This document shows positions 1 to 8,048 of a stretch of DNA of 16,249 bases, in pieces. Source of the DNA: a bacterium (GTDB lineage: Bacteria > Zhuqueibacterota > Zhuqueibacteria > Oceanimicrobiales > Oceanimicrobiaceae); assembly GCA_037446635.1 (NCBI GenBank), contig JBBIIG010000014.1, positions 1-16,249 of the forward strand, in the 5' to 3' direction. The notes below the pieces were generated by a model, which saw nothing but the letters and a program-made list of their open reading frames with translations, made no database searches and had not been told where the DNA came from. The translations under genes were made by a program, and so were the position numbers. Numbering within the stretch: position 1 is the stretch's first letter; every line of letters begins with the position of its first letter.

Positions 1-337
1 CATCGGTATCGTTTCAGCAGTAAATGATACGAAGTTGTATGTCAGCAACTACGGCGACAACTCCGTATCCGTCATCCATAAATCTCAAAAGAATGGCGCT
101 GCCCAAACCACCGCAGATGAAATTCTGGTCAAGTTCAAGCCGGACGTTCAGGAAGCGCAGATCCAAACCATGGCATCGCAAATCGGACTGCTACAGGTCA
201 AAGCCATTGCAGCGTTGAATTTGCGCGTGTTCAAAATCACCTCCTCAAAAAGTCTGCAGGAGGTGATCGCATCGTGTCAAAAGCTGCCCTTTGTGGAATA
301 CGCCGAACCCAATCAAAGCTATCAAACTCGAAATTAA
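1..337 (+). CDS. Partial (5'-truncated) YVTN/YncE beta-propeller protein with C-terminal subtilase (fervidolysin-type/I9-like) prodomain-like domain
   Basis: Frame is open from nt 2 (IGIVSAVNDTKLYVSNYGDNSVSVI, a YVTN blade). A linker follows, then DEILVKFKP...LPFVEYAEPN, the signature of S8 protease prodomains. TAA at 335-337. Confidence 0.7.
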   Translation, partial: IGIVSAVNDTKLYVSNYGDNSVSVIHKSQKNGAAQTTADEILVKFKPDVQEAQIQTMASQIGLLQVKAIAALNLRVFKITSSKSLQEVIASCQKLPFVEYAEPNQSYQTRN

Positions 338-347
338 GTTGTATGCA

Positions 348-1013
348 ATGATACATAAAAAGCCAAATCTGGACTCGTTACTGAGTATCTTCCCCGCGGA
401 GTTTATCCACCTCAGCGAAGATGAACAAAAGATTTCTGTGCAAATCTATCGCTTGTTAGCAGAAGGCGAACCCGTGCCGGTGGAAAGGGTGGCGCAGGTG
501 CTGGGACTCGCGAAGGATTTTGTAGAAAACATTCTTCAGAAGTGGCCGGGGGTTTTCTACGATGGTCAAAAGCGCATCATCGGATATTGGGGCTTGGCCC
601 TCCCGGAAATGGCTCACCGTTTCCTGGTCAACGGCCAGACTCTGTACACCTGGTGTGCCTGGGACAGCTTGTTCATCCCGGCCATCCTTCAGCAAACCGC
701 AGAGGTGGAATCGACCTGCGCGGCGACCGGTGAAAAGATTCGACTGACGGTTTCTCCCGAGGGGGTGACGCAAGTCAACCCCGTGGACTCCGTGGTTTCG
801 TTTGTCACTTCGGAAGCCGCCAAACTTCGAGAAAACGTGATCGTGAATTTTTGCCATTACGTGCATTTCTTTAGTTCAGTCGAGGCCGCAAATCAATGGG
901 TTTCAAAAAACTCCGGGACGTTTGTGCTTTCTTTAGCGGAAGCCTTTCGGCTGGGCCGCATGAAAAATTCAATCCAGTACCAAAAAAAACTTGACAAACA
1001 CTCCACTATGTAA
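348..1013 (+). CDS. merB: Organomercurial (alkylmercury) lyase
   Basis: N-terminal winged-helix-like region (IYRLLAEGEPV). YTWCAWD matches catalytic Cys96/Asp99, STCAATG matches Cys117 and NFCHYVHFF matches Cys159 of E. coli MerB. Start set at ATG 348 to avoid overlapping the upstream gene. Confidence 0.93.
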   Translation: MIHKKPNLDSLLSIFPAEFIHLSEDEQKISVQIYRLLAEGEPVPVERVAQVLGLAKDFVENILQKWPGVFYDGQKRIIGYWGLALPEMAHRFLVNGQTLYTWCAWDSLFIPAILQQTAEVESTCAATGEKIRLTVSPEGVTQVNPVDSVVSFVTSEAAKLRENVIVNFCHYVHFFSSVEAANQWVSKNSGTFVLSLAEAFRLGRMKNSIQYQKKLDKHSTM

Positions 1014-1021
1014 GCTATCTT
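991..1021 (+). promoter_or_regulatory. Candidate sigma70 promoter inside the 3' end of merB (TTGACA-N19-TATCTT) for the repressor-HMA-barrel-NHL unit
   Basis: Perfect -35 TTGACA at 991-996 and TATCTT at 1016-1021, with a 19-bp spacer, shortly upstream of ATG 1049. Confidence 0.5.
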
Positions 1022-1048
1022 TAAACGGTGATTCAAAACGAGTGTATT

Positions 1049-1435
1049 ATGGCCAACTCAATAGATAGAAAAGAAATTGTCAAACGCCTTCACTATATTC
1101 AGGGCCAGCTTGGCGGCATTGAAAAGATGCTGGCGGATGAGCGGCCGATGCAAGAAGTTTACAGACAATTGAAAGCGGTGGAGCAGGCTTTGCATCGAGC
1201 TATTTACGTTGTGTTGGATGAGCATATCAAAAAGCAAGTCGCTGAAGCATTGGCGAAGCGATTGGCTGCCTGTCCCGGCGACTGCAATGATGCTGAACGT
1301 TTGCAATTTCTCCGGCATGAATTTTCAAAACTGGATTTGAAGGAACTGATTGATGAACTGACTTGGTTGCACAATTCACGTCAATCTGTTGTAAAGGAGA
1401 AATCAAAATCTCAAAAGGAGATGAAAACAATATGA
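1049..1435 (+). CDS. CsoR/RcnR-family metal-sensing repressor, atypical ligand set
   Basis: RLHYIQGQLGGIEKML...QLKAVEQAL...LDEH matches the family core RLxxIxGQxxGIxxM. C-terminal extension contains CPGDC. Confidence 0.85.
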   Translation: MANSIDRKEIVKRLHYIQGQLGGIEKMLADERPMQEVYRQLKAVEQALHRAIYVVLDEHIKKQVAEALAKRLAACPGDCNDAERLQFLRHEFSKLDLKELIDELTWLHNSRQSVVKEKSKSQKEMKTI

Positions 1436-1983
1436 AACGAATATTCCCGTGGAGAACGATTCTTGCCTCCTGTTCAATTGCTTTAATCATATCAACCGTT
1501 TTATTGGCGGATCAAAAGCGCGCCACGGTTCGCGTCGATGGTTTATCTTGCCCTTTCTGCGCTTTTGGGCTGGAGAAAAAGCTGAAAGCCATCGCGGGCG
1601 TCGAAAAGCTGGAGATCAAAGTCAACGATGGCCTGGCGATTCTGAACTTCGCCGACAGTGCAAAGATCGATGAAAAGCTCATCGCCAAAAAGGTGAAAGA
1701 GGCCGGCTTCACACCGGGAGAGATCAAGATCACTTCAAGCAAGGAGAAAAAAATGGAGACCAACGGTCAGAAGATTTCGCTAAACATAAAAGGCATGAGT
1801 TGCGACAGGTGCGTGAGCCGGGTGACAGATGCACTAAAGAAGGTCGATTGTGTTCGAGAGGTCAAGGTCGATCTCGAAACAGGTGAGGCCACTTTCGTGT
1901 GCACAGATGCAAACTTCGACAAAACCAAATTTGTGCAGACCATCAACGACCTGGGCTTCCAAGCTGAATTGGAAAACAAATGA
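1432..1983 (+). CDS. Secreted/periplasmic tandem heavy-metal-associated (HMA) domain protein, MerP/CopZ-like
   Basis: N-terminal signal peptide (MKRIFPWRTILASCSIALIISTVLLA). Two HMA motifs, VDGLSCPFC and IKGMSCDRC. ATGA overlap with the upstream stop. Confidence 0.9.
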   Translation: MKRIFPWRTILASCSIALIISTVLLADQKRATVRVDGLSCPFCAFGLEKKLKAIAGVEKLEIKVNDGLAILNFADSAKIDEKLIAKKVKEAGFTPGEIKITSSKEKKMETNGQKISLNIKGMSCDRCVSRVTDALKKVDCVREVKVDLETGEATFVCTDANFDKTKFVQTINDLGFQAELENK

Positions 1984-2879
1984 GAAAAGCCGTTTTGCAA
2001 TATGCCGCGGGGCCGCTGATTATTTTTGCCTCGGTGATGAACTTACTGGCGCAAGGTCCGCCCATCAACACCGATACCCCGATCATGCTCGGCCTGGAGG
2101 GCAGCGGCATTCGAGCCTTCGCTAAATTTGTTCGCAAGGCAACGCTTTTGCAGGATGGTAAGGAAATCGCGGACGCTCTGGATCGCGACGTGACCGTTCG
2201 CATCACGCCTTTGGCTGTGCCTTATAATCTCTTGAGCGACAGGTTTCAGGTTGGCGTGGTCATTCCGTTCATGAATATTGACCTCGATTCTCGCTTGCAA
2301 GATATATCAAGCACCGGAATCGGCGACGTGAGCATCTTCGCAAAATATTTGCTTTATCAACACGATCGTAAACTCGAAACCTTTCGCGTGGGTGTGAAAG
2401 CAACAATCAAGTTACCCTCGGGTGACGAAAATACGTCGCCGGCACTGGGAACCGGCTCAACCGACTACGCATTTTCAATGGTTGCCGGCTGGCTCAAGAA
2501 TCGTGTGGGCGTGTATTGGGAAGGGATTTACAGCCAGAATACTTCTCACGGACAAACTGACTTTGGGAACAGCTTTGCATACAACCTGGCATTCGGCTAT
2601 CGCTTGCTGCCAACGGTGTACGAAACCTACCCCTCCCCGCAACTCAATGGCTTTTTGGAAATAAACGGCACGACGGCTGGCAGAAATAAGGTCAATGGCG
2701 AGGAAATTGCGGACTCTGGTGGGACAACAGTTTTCCTTTCGCCAGGTCTGCAATACGTCGGCGGCCGAAGGTGGCTGATAGAGGCATCGTTCCAATACCC
2801 GGCTATCAACGAGCCGAACGGCACACAACTGGCGACGGATTGGACCGTTTCTGTCGGCACACGAATTTTGATTTTTTGA
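1980..2879 (+). CDS. Putative outer-membrane beta-barrel (MetA-pathway-of-phenol-degradation / COG4313-like 'transporter')
   Basis: Signal peptide, QGPPINTDTP start, GIGDVSI..KY, KLPSG...LGTGSTD and LSPGLQY motifs, alternating amphipathic strands and a C-terminal Phe. ATGA overlap with the HMA gene. Confidence 0.75.
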   Translation: MRKAVLQYAAGPLIIFASVMNLLAQGPPINTDTPIMLGLEGSGIRAFAKFVRKATLLQDGKEIADALDRDVTVRITPLAVPYNLLSDRFQVGVVIPFMNIDLDSRLQDISSTGIGDVSIFAKYLLYQHDRKLETFRVGVKATIKLPSGDENTSPALGTGSTDYAFSMVAGWLKNRVGVYWEGIYSQNTSHGQTDFGNSFAYNLAFGYRLLPTVYETYPSPQLNGFLEINGTTAGRNKVNGEEIADSGGTTVFLSPGLQYVGGRRWLIEASFQYPAINEPNGTQLATDWTVSVGTRILIF

Positions 2880-2906
2880 TTTGATTGAAAATGAAAGAAA
2901 AAACCG

Positions 2907-3872
2907 TTGGTACGCTTCGAGAATAGTTTGAGCATCTTGCTACTTTGGAGTGTGCTTCTGCCAGGATGCAAACGTTCGTCAGATGAAAGCGCTGTCAAAT
3001 TTATTATGCAATGGGGCAGCGAAGGAGCGGAGCCGGGCAACTTCAACCAGCCAGTTGGTATAGCGCTGGATGCGGACGGCTACGTCTATGTTGCCGACGC
3101 GGGAAACAACCGCATTCAGAAATTCAGATCGGATGGCGTTTTCCTGCTGGAATGGGGAAAATCAGGCACAGGTGAGAATCAACTCGAGCGGCCTGTGCAT
3201 CTCGCTGTGAGTGCGGACGGCAGCGTTTATGTTCCGGAATACGGCAATGATCGGATTCAGGTATTCGATGCAAATGGCAAGTCGAAACGAACATTGGGAC
3301 AGGCCGGCAACGCTCCGGGTGAATTCGATGCTCCCGCTGCCATTGATTTCGACAAAAACGGCCATATCTTGGTGGCCGACTTTTATCATCATCGCATCCA
3401 AATTTTCGACAAAACTGGGAAATTTCTTTTGACGATTGGGGATGAAGGGCACGAGCCCGGCCAGTTTTATTACCCGACGGATGTTTCTGTTGATGAAGAT
3501 GGAAATATATTTGTTGCCGATGCCTATAATCATCGCATTCAAAAATTTGATGCGGATGGAAATTTTATTCAAACTTGGGGCAAGAAAGGGAATTTGCCCG
3601 GCGAGTTTGATGTGGTGAATGCCATTGCAATTGATGCCGTTCAGCGTCTCTATGCCGCCGATTTCTACAACCACCGAATTCAGGTGTTTGACACGATCGG
3701 CCATTTCCTGTTTCAATTCGGCTCACAAGGTTATGGCCCCGGACAATTTGATCGCCCGACAGACATAGCGGTGGATGATTCTGGCAATATTTATGTGCTG
3801 GATTTCGGCAACAATCGTATCCAAAAATTCACCTACGATGGCGAGTATAAAAATAGCCTACGGCAAAATTGA
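2907..3872 (+). CDS. NHL-repeat six-bladed beta-propeller lipoprotein
   Basis: Six repeats of G-x-F-x-x-P-x-x-I-A-x-D-x-x-G-x-I-Y-V-A-D-x-x-N-x-R-I-Q-x-F. Lipobox LPG-C follows a hydrophobic stretch. Start is uncertain (TTG 2907). Confidence 0.9.
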   Translation: MVRFENSLSILLLWSVLLPGCKRSSDESAVKFIMQWGSEGAEPGNFNQPVGIALDADGYVYVADAGNNRIQKFRSDGVFLLEWGKSGTGENQLERPVHLAVSADGSVYVPEYGNDRIQVFDANGKSKRTLGQAGNAPGEFDAPAAIDFDKNGHILVADFYHHRIQIFDKTGKFLLTIGDEGHEPGQFYYPTDVSVDEDGNIFVADAYNHRIQKFDADGNFIQTWGKKGNLPGEFDVVNAIAIDAVQRLYAADFYNHRIQVFDTIGHFLFQFGSQGYGPGQFDRPTDIAVDDSGNIYVLDFGNNRIQKFTYDGEYKNSLRQN

Positions 3873-3928
3873 ATTTGGCCATTTCTCTGGAATTTACGTG
3901 CAGCCGTCTCTAATTGAAAGCTGTGAGG

Positions 3929-4294
3929 TCACTTCAATTGTGCCAGCTTTTTCTGGATAAGTGATTTTAGATCATCCATACTCCCGCACGAGTTGATTGA
4001 ATCTGCATTAATCAATACCTCCAGTTCATCCCCTACCTTCTTAAAAATCGCTGGTAACGGTACGCCATCAACACCGTAACGCTCCTTCAACTCATCGCGG
4101 TGCAAAAACTCCATTGATATGGCGAGACCATCGAGAAATTCCTTCCATTCCTTTTTCATGCCGGAAACAGAATAGGTTATCGCGCAGAGGTTGCACTGAT
4201 AGGTTTGAGGTGAAAGCATTTTATGGGCCATGTCAGCAAGACTGTTAAACAAGCCGCTGTCAGCGTTATAAACAAAGACAAGAGTTGGTTTCAT
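3929..4294 (-). CDS. Conserved hypothetical protein with CxxC (LVFVYNADSG...CNLC), possibly thioredoxin-like fold
   Basis: GAGGAA RBS 6 nt before ATG at 4294. Directly downstream of nnrE. Motifs YNADSG and YQCNLCAITY. Confidence 0.75.
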   Translation of the reverse strand: MKPTLVFVYNADSGLFNSLADMAHKMLSPQTYQCNLCAITYSVSGMKKEWKEFLDGLAISMEFLHRDELKERYGVDGVPLPAIFKKVGDELEVLINADSINSCGSMDDLKSLIQKKLAQLK

Positions 4295-4307
4295 AGGCAT
4301 TTCCTCA

Positions 4308-5042
4308 TTACAATCGGACAATATCATCATTGGCAAAAATGGCATCGACTTTTAGATGCAAAGCGGGACTCGCATACAAACTCGGCGGCACGCCGATGTC
4401 TGCCAGGTACAACTCCCCGACATATTTTTCGACACCGGTCGCCCGTAATCCCTCCTTTGGTAGCGCCAGCGTCATCGTGGCGGCCGCTTTGATGGCGGGA
4501 GTGAAAACCGTACCGCTTGTTGAGTCGATTCCGGATGGCACATCGAGTGCGAGTATCGGCGTCCCTTCTTGAGCATTGGCCCAGCGAATCAGTTCCGCTG
4601 CCGCGCCTCGAGGAGCACCGGATAAACTGTAGCCAATGATCCCGTCAATTATCAAATTGACTCTTCCGGCTTGTGAAGCTATTTCAGCGGTGGCGATGGG
4701 TACGCGCATTCGCTGCAGAATGTCCAGTTGATGCGCCGGCACACCCGTGAATGCCTGTGGTGATTTTGTCAGAAATACTTGAACCTGTGCGCCCCAGTTG
4801 TGCAAACGACGGGCACACACCAGCGCTCCGCCGCCGTTGCCGCCGCTTCCAGCCAGAATGACCACTTTCTTTCCGCGCGGATCGCCGTCCAAAAAGCGCA
4901 CGCGCGCCAGGTGCGCCAGATTACGCCCAGCGTTTTCCATCATCTGAATAAGCTCAATGTGGAAGTCCTCTATCATTGCGCGATCGACTTCCAGCATTTG
5001 CTCGGTGCCGAGGTACGGTACATCAACCAAAGGTGTGAACAT
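4308..5042 (-). CDS. nnrE: NAD(P)H-hydrate epimerase (stand-alone YjeF_N domain)
   Basis: MMENAG, AGSGGNGGGALVCARRL, IDGIIGYSL and LDVPSG motifs. AAGGAG RBS 7 nt upstream of ATG at 5042. Confidence 0.92.
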   Translation of the reverse strand: MFTPLVDVPYLGTEQMLEVDRAMIEDFHIELIQMMENAGRNLAHLARVRFLDGDPRGKKVVILAGSGGNGGGALVCARRLHNWGAQVQVFLTKSPQAFTGVPAHQLDILQRMRVPIATAEIASQAGRVNLIIDGIIGYSLSGAPRGAAAELIRWANAQEGTPILALDVPSGIDSTSGTVFTPAIKAAATMTLALPKEGLRATGVEKYVGELYLADIGVPPSLYASPALHLKVDAIFANDDIVRL

Positions 5043-5230
5043 GCGCTTGCTCCTTTTCATGCTATAGAAAAGACACCTTTCGGCGGCAATTTCTTCCCGC
5101 GGCGTACAAGTTTTTTGAATTGCGCAGGAAATCCGCCCACGAAAATTTGAAATCCCATTGAATAACCCAGCCGAAAATTCTTTACAGACAAAGTTTTTGT
5201 CCATTGAATTTCGACTCACCAAAAAAGTGC

Positions 5231-5259
5231 TTGCTTTTGGAGGAAGGAAAATATATTGT
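5231..5259 (+). promoter_or_regulatory. Candidate sigma70 promoter for the sigma54 activator (TTGCTT-N17-TATTGT)
   Basis: Hexamers at 5231-5236 and 5254-5259 with a 17-bp spacer, about 50 nt before ATG 5310. Confidence 0.4.
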
Positions 5260-5309
5260 TTCTGTGTGGTACTCGCAACTCATCTTATGAATTATCGGAG
5301 CACATAAAG

Positions 5310-7181
5310 ATGTCCGGTTCTTCCAATTCTATTAACAGCGACCGAACTCATTCTTCAAATGTTTCGACTCCTGGCGAGGCCACGGCCGGAACGCCAACGC
5401 ATGAGGTTGCAGCGGGCCATGTCGAAGCGCGCATTCATGAAAGCGAGGAGCGCTTTCGCAAAATTTTTGATTATTCCAACGATGCGATTTTCGTCGTCGA
5501 TCCGGTGCGGGACGAAATACTCGACGTGAACCCCCAGGCTTGCAAAATGCTGGGGTTTCCCCGTGAGGATTTATTGTCCATGCGCATGTCGGAGATCCAT
5601 CCTGAAGAGATGCCGCTTTTGCGCAATTTTGCCGCGTCGGTTTTTGACAGAGGGCACGGCTGGACGAACGAGCTCTCCTGCCTCACCAAGTCCGGAAAGC
5701 GCTTGCCGTCGGAAATTTCAGCTTCGGTGATCGAGCTTGGCGGAAGAAAATGTCTGATCGCGTTGATACGCGATATTACCGAGCGCAAACGCGCGGAGCA
5801 GGCGCTGCGCGAAAGCGAGGAAAAGCTCTCGCGCATTTTGGAATCCGCCATGGACGCCATCATCACCATTGACGAGCAATTACGCATTGTTATCTTTAAT
5901 CAAGCCGCGGAAAAGGCCTTTCGCTGTCGTGACTGCCACGCGATCGGCCAGCCGTTTGACCGCTTCCTCTCCGAGCGCTTCCGCAATTTGATTCTGGAAA
6001 ATATGCAGGCGTTTGAAACCGACCGCAAAACCAAACGCTACATGTTAACGCCGGAAGGCCTGACCGCGCGCCGCGCCAACGGCGAGGAATTTCTTGTTGA
6101 AGCGACGATCTCGAAAGTCGAAGTCCAGCAACAGCAGCTCTATACCATTATCTTACGCGACGTCGATGACCTCAAAAGAGCGCAGGCCGAGCTCGGCAAA
6201 TTGCAGCTCGAGAATCTCTATCTTCAGGAAGAAATCAAGTCAGAGTATAACTTTGAGACCATCGTCGGCGCGTCCAAAGCGATCAAAAAGGTTTTTCAAG
6301 AAATTGAAAAGGTTGCCGCCACGGACTCAACCGTTCTGATTTTGGGAGAAACCGGCACCGGCAAAGAGTTGGTGGCGCGCGCGATTCATAATTTGAGCAA
6401 ACGCAAAAAAAGCGCGTTGATCAAAGTGAATTGTGCGGCCCTGCCCAGCGGGTTGATCGAAAGCGAATTGTTCGGCCACGAGAAAGGCGCCTTCACGGGA
6501 GCGCTGGCTCGCAAAATCGGCCGCTTCGAGCTGGCGAATGGCGGCACCATTTTCCTGGACGAGATTGGCGACCTGCCTTTGGAGCTGCAAGCCAAGCTTT
6601 TGCGGGTTTTGCAGGAAGGAGAATTTGAGCGCGTGGGCGGCGCCCAAACCATCAAAGTTGACGTCAGAGTGATTGCCGCCACCAATCGCAATCTTGAAAA
6701 AGCGCTGCAGCAGGAAACATTCCGGTCCGATCTTTATTACCGGCTCAACGTCTATCCGATTCGCCTGCCATCACTGCGCGACCGCAAAGAGGACATCCCT
6801 CTTTTGGTCAAATATTTTGCGGCAAAATATGGCGCCAAAATGGGGAAGAAAATCGCGACCGTCTCGCAAAAAGCCCTGCGTGACTTGCAGGCCTATCCCT
6901 GGCCTGGAAACATCAGAGAGTTGGAAAACGTCATTGAACGCGCCGTCATTCTGACGTCAGGTTCTCAGCTCGAGCTTGGCGATTGGCTGCCGCCGCGGCA
7001 AACCGGTGCGAGTGGCTCGCGTGTACCGACACTCGAAGAGCTTGAACGGGAGCATATCATAAAAGTGCTGGAGCTCACCGGCAGGCAGGTGGGCGGAGAA
7101 AAAGGGGCGGCGAAGTTGTTGGGGATGAAACGCACTACTCTGATATCCAAAATGAAAAAGCTTGGAATCGAGACGAGCTAA
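5310..7181 (+). CDS. PAS-PAS sigma54-dependent enhancer-binding protein (FhlA/NifA-like AAA+ with Fis-type HTH)
   Basis: Two PAS/PAC domains (RDITERK). Walker A GETGTGKE, ESELFGHEKGAFTGA, Walker B FLDEIG, WPGNIREL and C-terminal AAKLLGMKRTTL. GGAG precedes ATG 5310. Confidence 0.95.
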   Translation: MSGSSNSINSDRTHSSNVSTPGEATAGTPTHEVAAGHVEARIHESEERFRKIFDYSNDAIFVVDPVRDEILDVNPQACKMLGFPREDLLSMRMSEIHPEEMPLLRNFAASVFDRGHGWTNELSCLTKSGKRLPSEISASVIELGGRKCLIALIRDITERKRAEQALRESEEKLSRILESAMDAIITIDEQLRIVIFNQAAEKAFRCRDCHAIGQPFDRFLSERFRNLILENMQAFETDRKTKRYMLTPEGLTARRANGEEFLVEATISKVEVQQQQLYTIILRDVDDLKRAQAELGKLQLENLYLQEEIKSEYNFETIVGASKAIKKVFQEIEKVAATDSTVLILGETGTGKELVARAIHNLSKRKKSALIKVNCAALPSGLIESELFGHEKGAFTGALARKIGRFELANGGTIFLDEIGDLPLELQAKLLRVLQEGEFERVGGAQTIKVDVRVIAATNRNLEKALQQETFRSDLYYRLNVYPIRLPSLRDRKEDIPLLVKYFAAKYGAKMGKKIATVSQKALRDLQAYPWPGNIRELENVIERAVILTSGSQLELGDWLPPRQTGASGSRVPTLEELEREHIIKVLELTGRQVGGEKGAAKLLGMKRTTLISKMKKLGIETS

Positions 7182-7186
7182 AGAAC

Positions 7187-7221
7187 TGTCGGCATTTCGT
7201 CTCGATGTCGAAATCTCGCCA
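7187..7221. promoter_or_regulatory. Tandem imperfect palindromes TGTCG-N6-CG(A)C(A): candidate upstream activating sequences for the bEBP
   Basis: TGTCGGCATTTCGTCT (7187-7202) and TGTCGAAATCTCGCCA (7206-7221), about 100-140 bp upstream of the -24 element. Confidence 0.6.
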
Positions 7222-7280
7222 TCAGTAGAACCACGGGAGTAAGATCAACAAGACAACTCCAGTTTGCTTAATTGCAGCAC

Positions 7281-7324
7281 AAACGGCCATTTAGAGTACG
7301 CTCCGAATGGCCGTTTTTGTTTTT
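7281..7324 (+). terminator. Rho-independent terminator after the bEBP gene
   Basis: AAACGGCCATT (7281-7291) pairs with AATGGCCGTTT (7306-7316) and runs into a T-rich tract. Confidence 0.7.
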
Positions 7325-7338
7325 GGTATAGCGCTTGC
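7324..7338 (+). promoter_or_regulatory. sigma54 (-24/-12) promoter
   Basis: TGGTATAGCGCTTGC has exact GG-N10-GC spacing and matches TGGCAC-N5-TTGC. It lies 35 nt before ATG 7374 and next to a bEBP gene. Confidence 0.82.
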
Positions 7339-7373
7339 GTTAAGCCAAAGAGAATTAAAGATGAGAGTATGAC

Positions 7374-7742
7374 ATGGCCAGCATTTTACTCAACGAGTTC
7401 AATTTAGCTAACCAAAGTTTGCTGCGATCTCAACTTCAGCGCCAAGGCCACAATGTTTGGGTGGCAGAAAATATTGGTGAGACCGTTACAATTTTGCACG
7501 ACGTGGGCATCGATTTGATGATACTCGATCTCGACCGGCAAAATCTGGATGAACTTTTAATGTTCGCTGATCGCTGGAAAGGCATCTTGATCTTGTTTCA
7601 AATCGAATGCGTGGACTCTTGGGAAGACTTTTGCTGCTGGATGGCGGACGAAGTCGTTTGCAAAAATGATGACAAAATTCCCCGGCTGGTATCACAGCTT
7701 TTGCAGAAAAAATTGTTCGAGAAAACTCGGCAGCGGCAATAG
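7374..7742 (+). CDS. Single-domain response-regulator receiver-like protein (degenerate, Cys-rich)
   Basis: SILL...GHNV..AE...IDLMILDL...ADEVVCK pattern. The phosphoacceptor Asp and the Lys are kept; the acidic pair and the Thr/Ser are altered. Confidence 0.7.
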   Translation: MASILLNEFNLANQSLLRSQLQRQGHNVWVAENIGETVTILHDVGIDLMILDLDRQNLDELLMFADRWKGILILFQIECVDSWEDFCCWMADEVVCKNDDKIPRLVSQLLQKKLFEKTRQRQ

Positions 7743-7772
7743 CAATTGGCAAGAATAAAGAGGAGATAAGCC

Positions 7773-8048
7773 TTGCTTCGCATCACTAACGTTTCTGAAA
7801 GCGCCGAATCCGTCACGCTCAAAGTGGAGGGCTTAATTGTAACCGAATGGGTGACGGTGTTGGAGAAAGAATGCACGGCTTGGCTCCAAAAAAACCGGGC
7901 GGTACAATTGGACCTCTCCGAGGTGGCGTTTATCGATAACCACGGCGTGGAGATGCTAAAGCGGATCATTTCCCCCAAAATCCAGTGCCTTAACTGTCCG
8001 CCTCTCATTGCAGAAATATTAAAAGCGAACGAAGAGCGCTCCGAATAA
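7773..8048 (+). CDS. STAS-domain (anti-anti-sigma-like) protein
   Basis: MLRIT...TLKVEG...W..LE...LDLSEVAFIDNHGVEML. AGGAGA RBS before a TTG start. Confidence 0.8.
   Translation: MLRITNVSESAESVTLKVEGLIVTEWVTVLEKECTAWLQKNRAVQLDLSEVAFIDNHGVEMLKRIISPKIQCLNCPPLIAEILKANEERSE

Noticed and set aside
5043..5309. Long N-terminal extensions of nnrE (to 5222) and the bEBP (from 5256) in the ORF track
   Set aside because: Better RBS-supported ATGs exist at 5042 and 5310, and the interval looks like a divergent promoter region.
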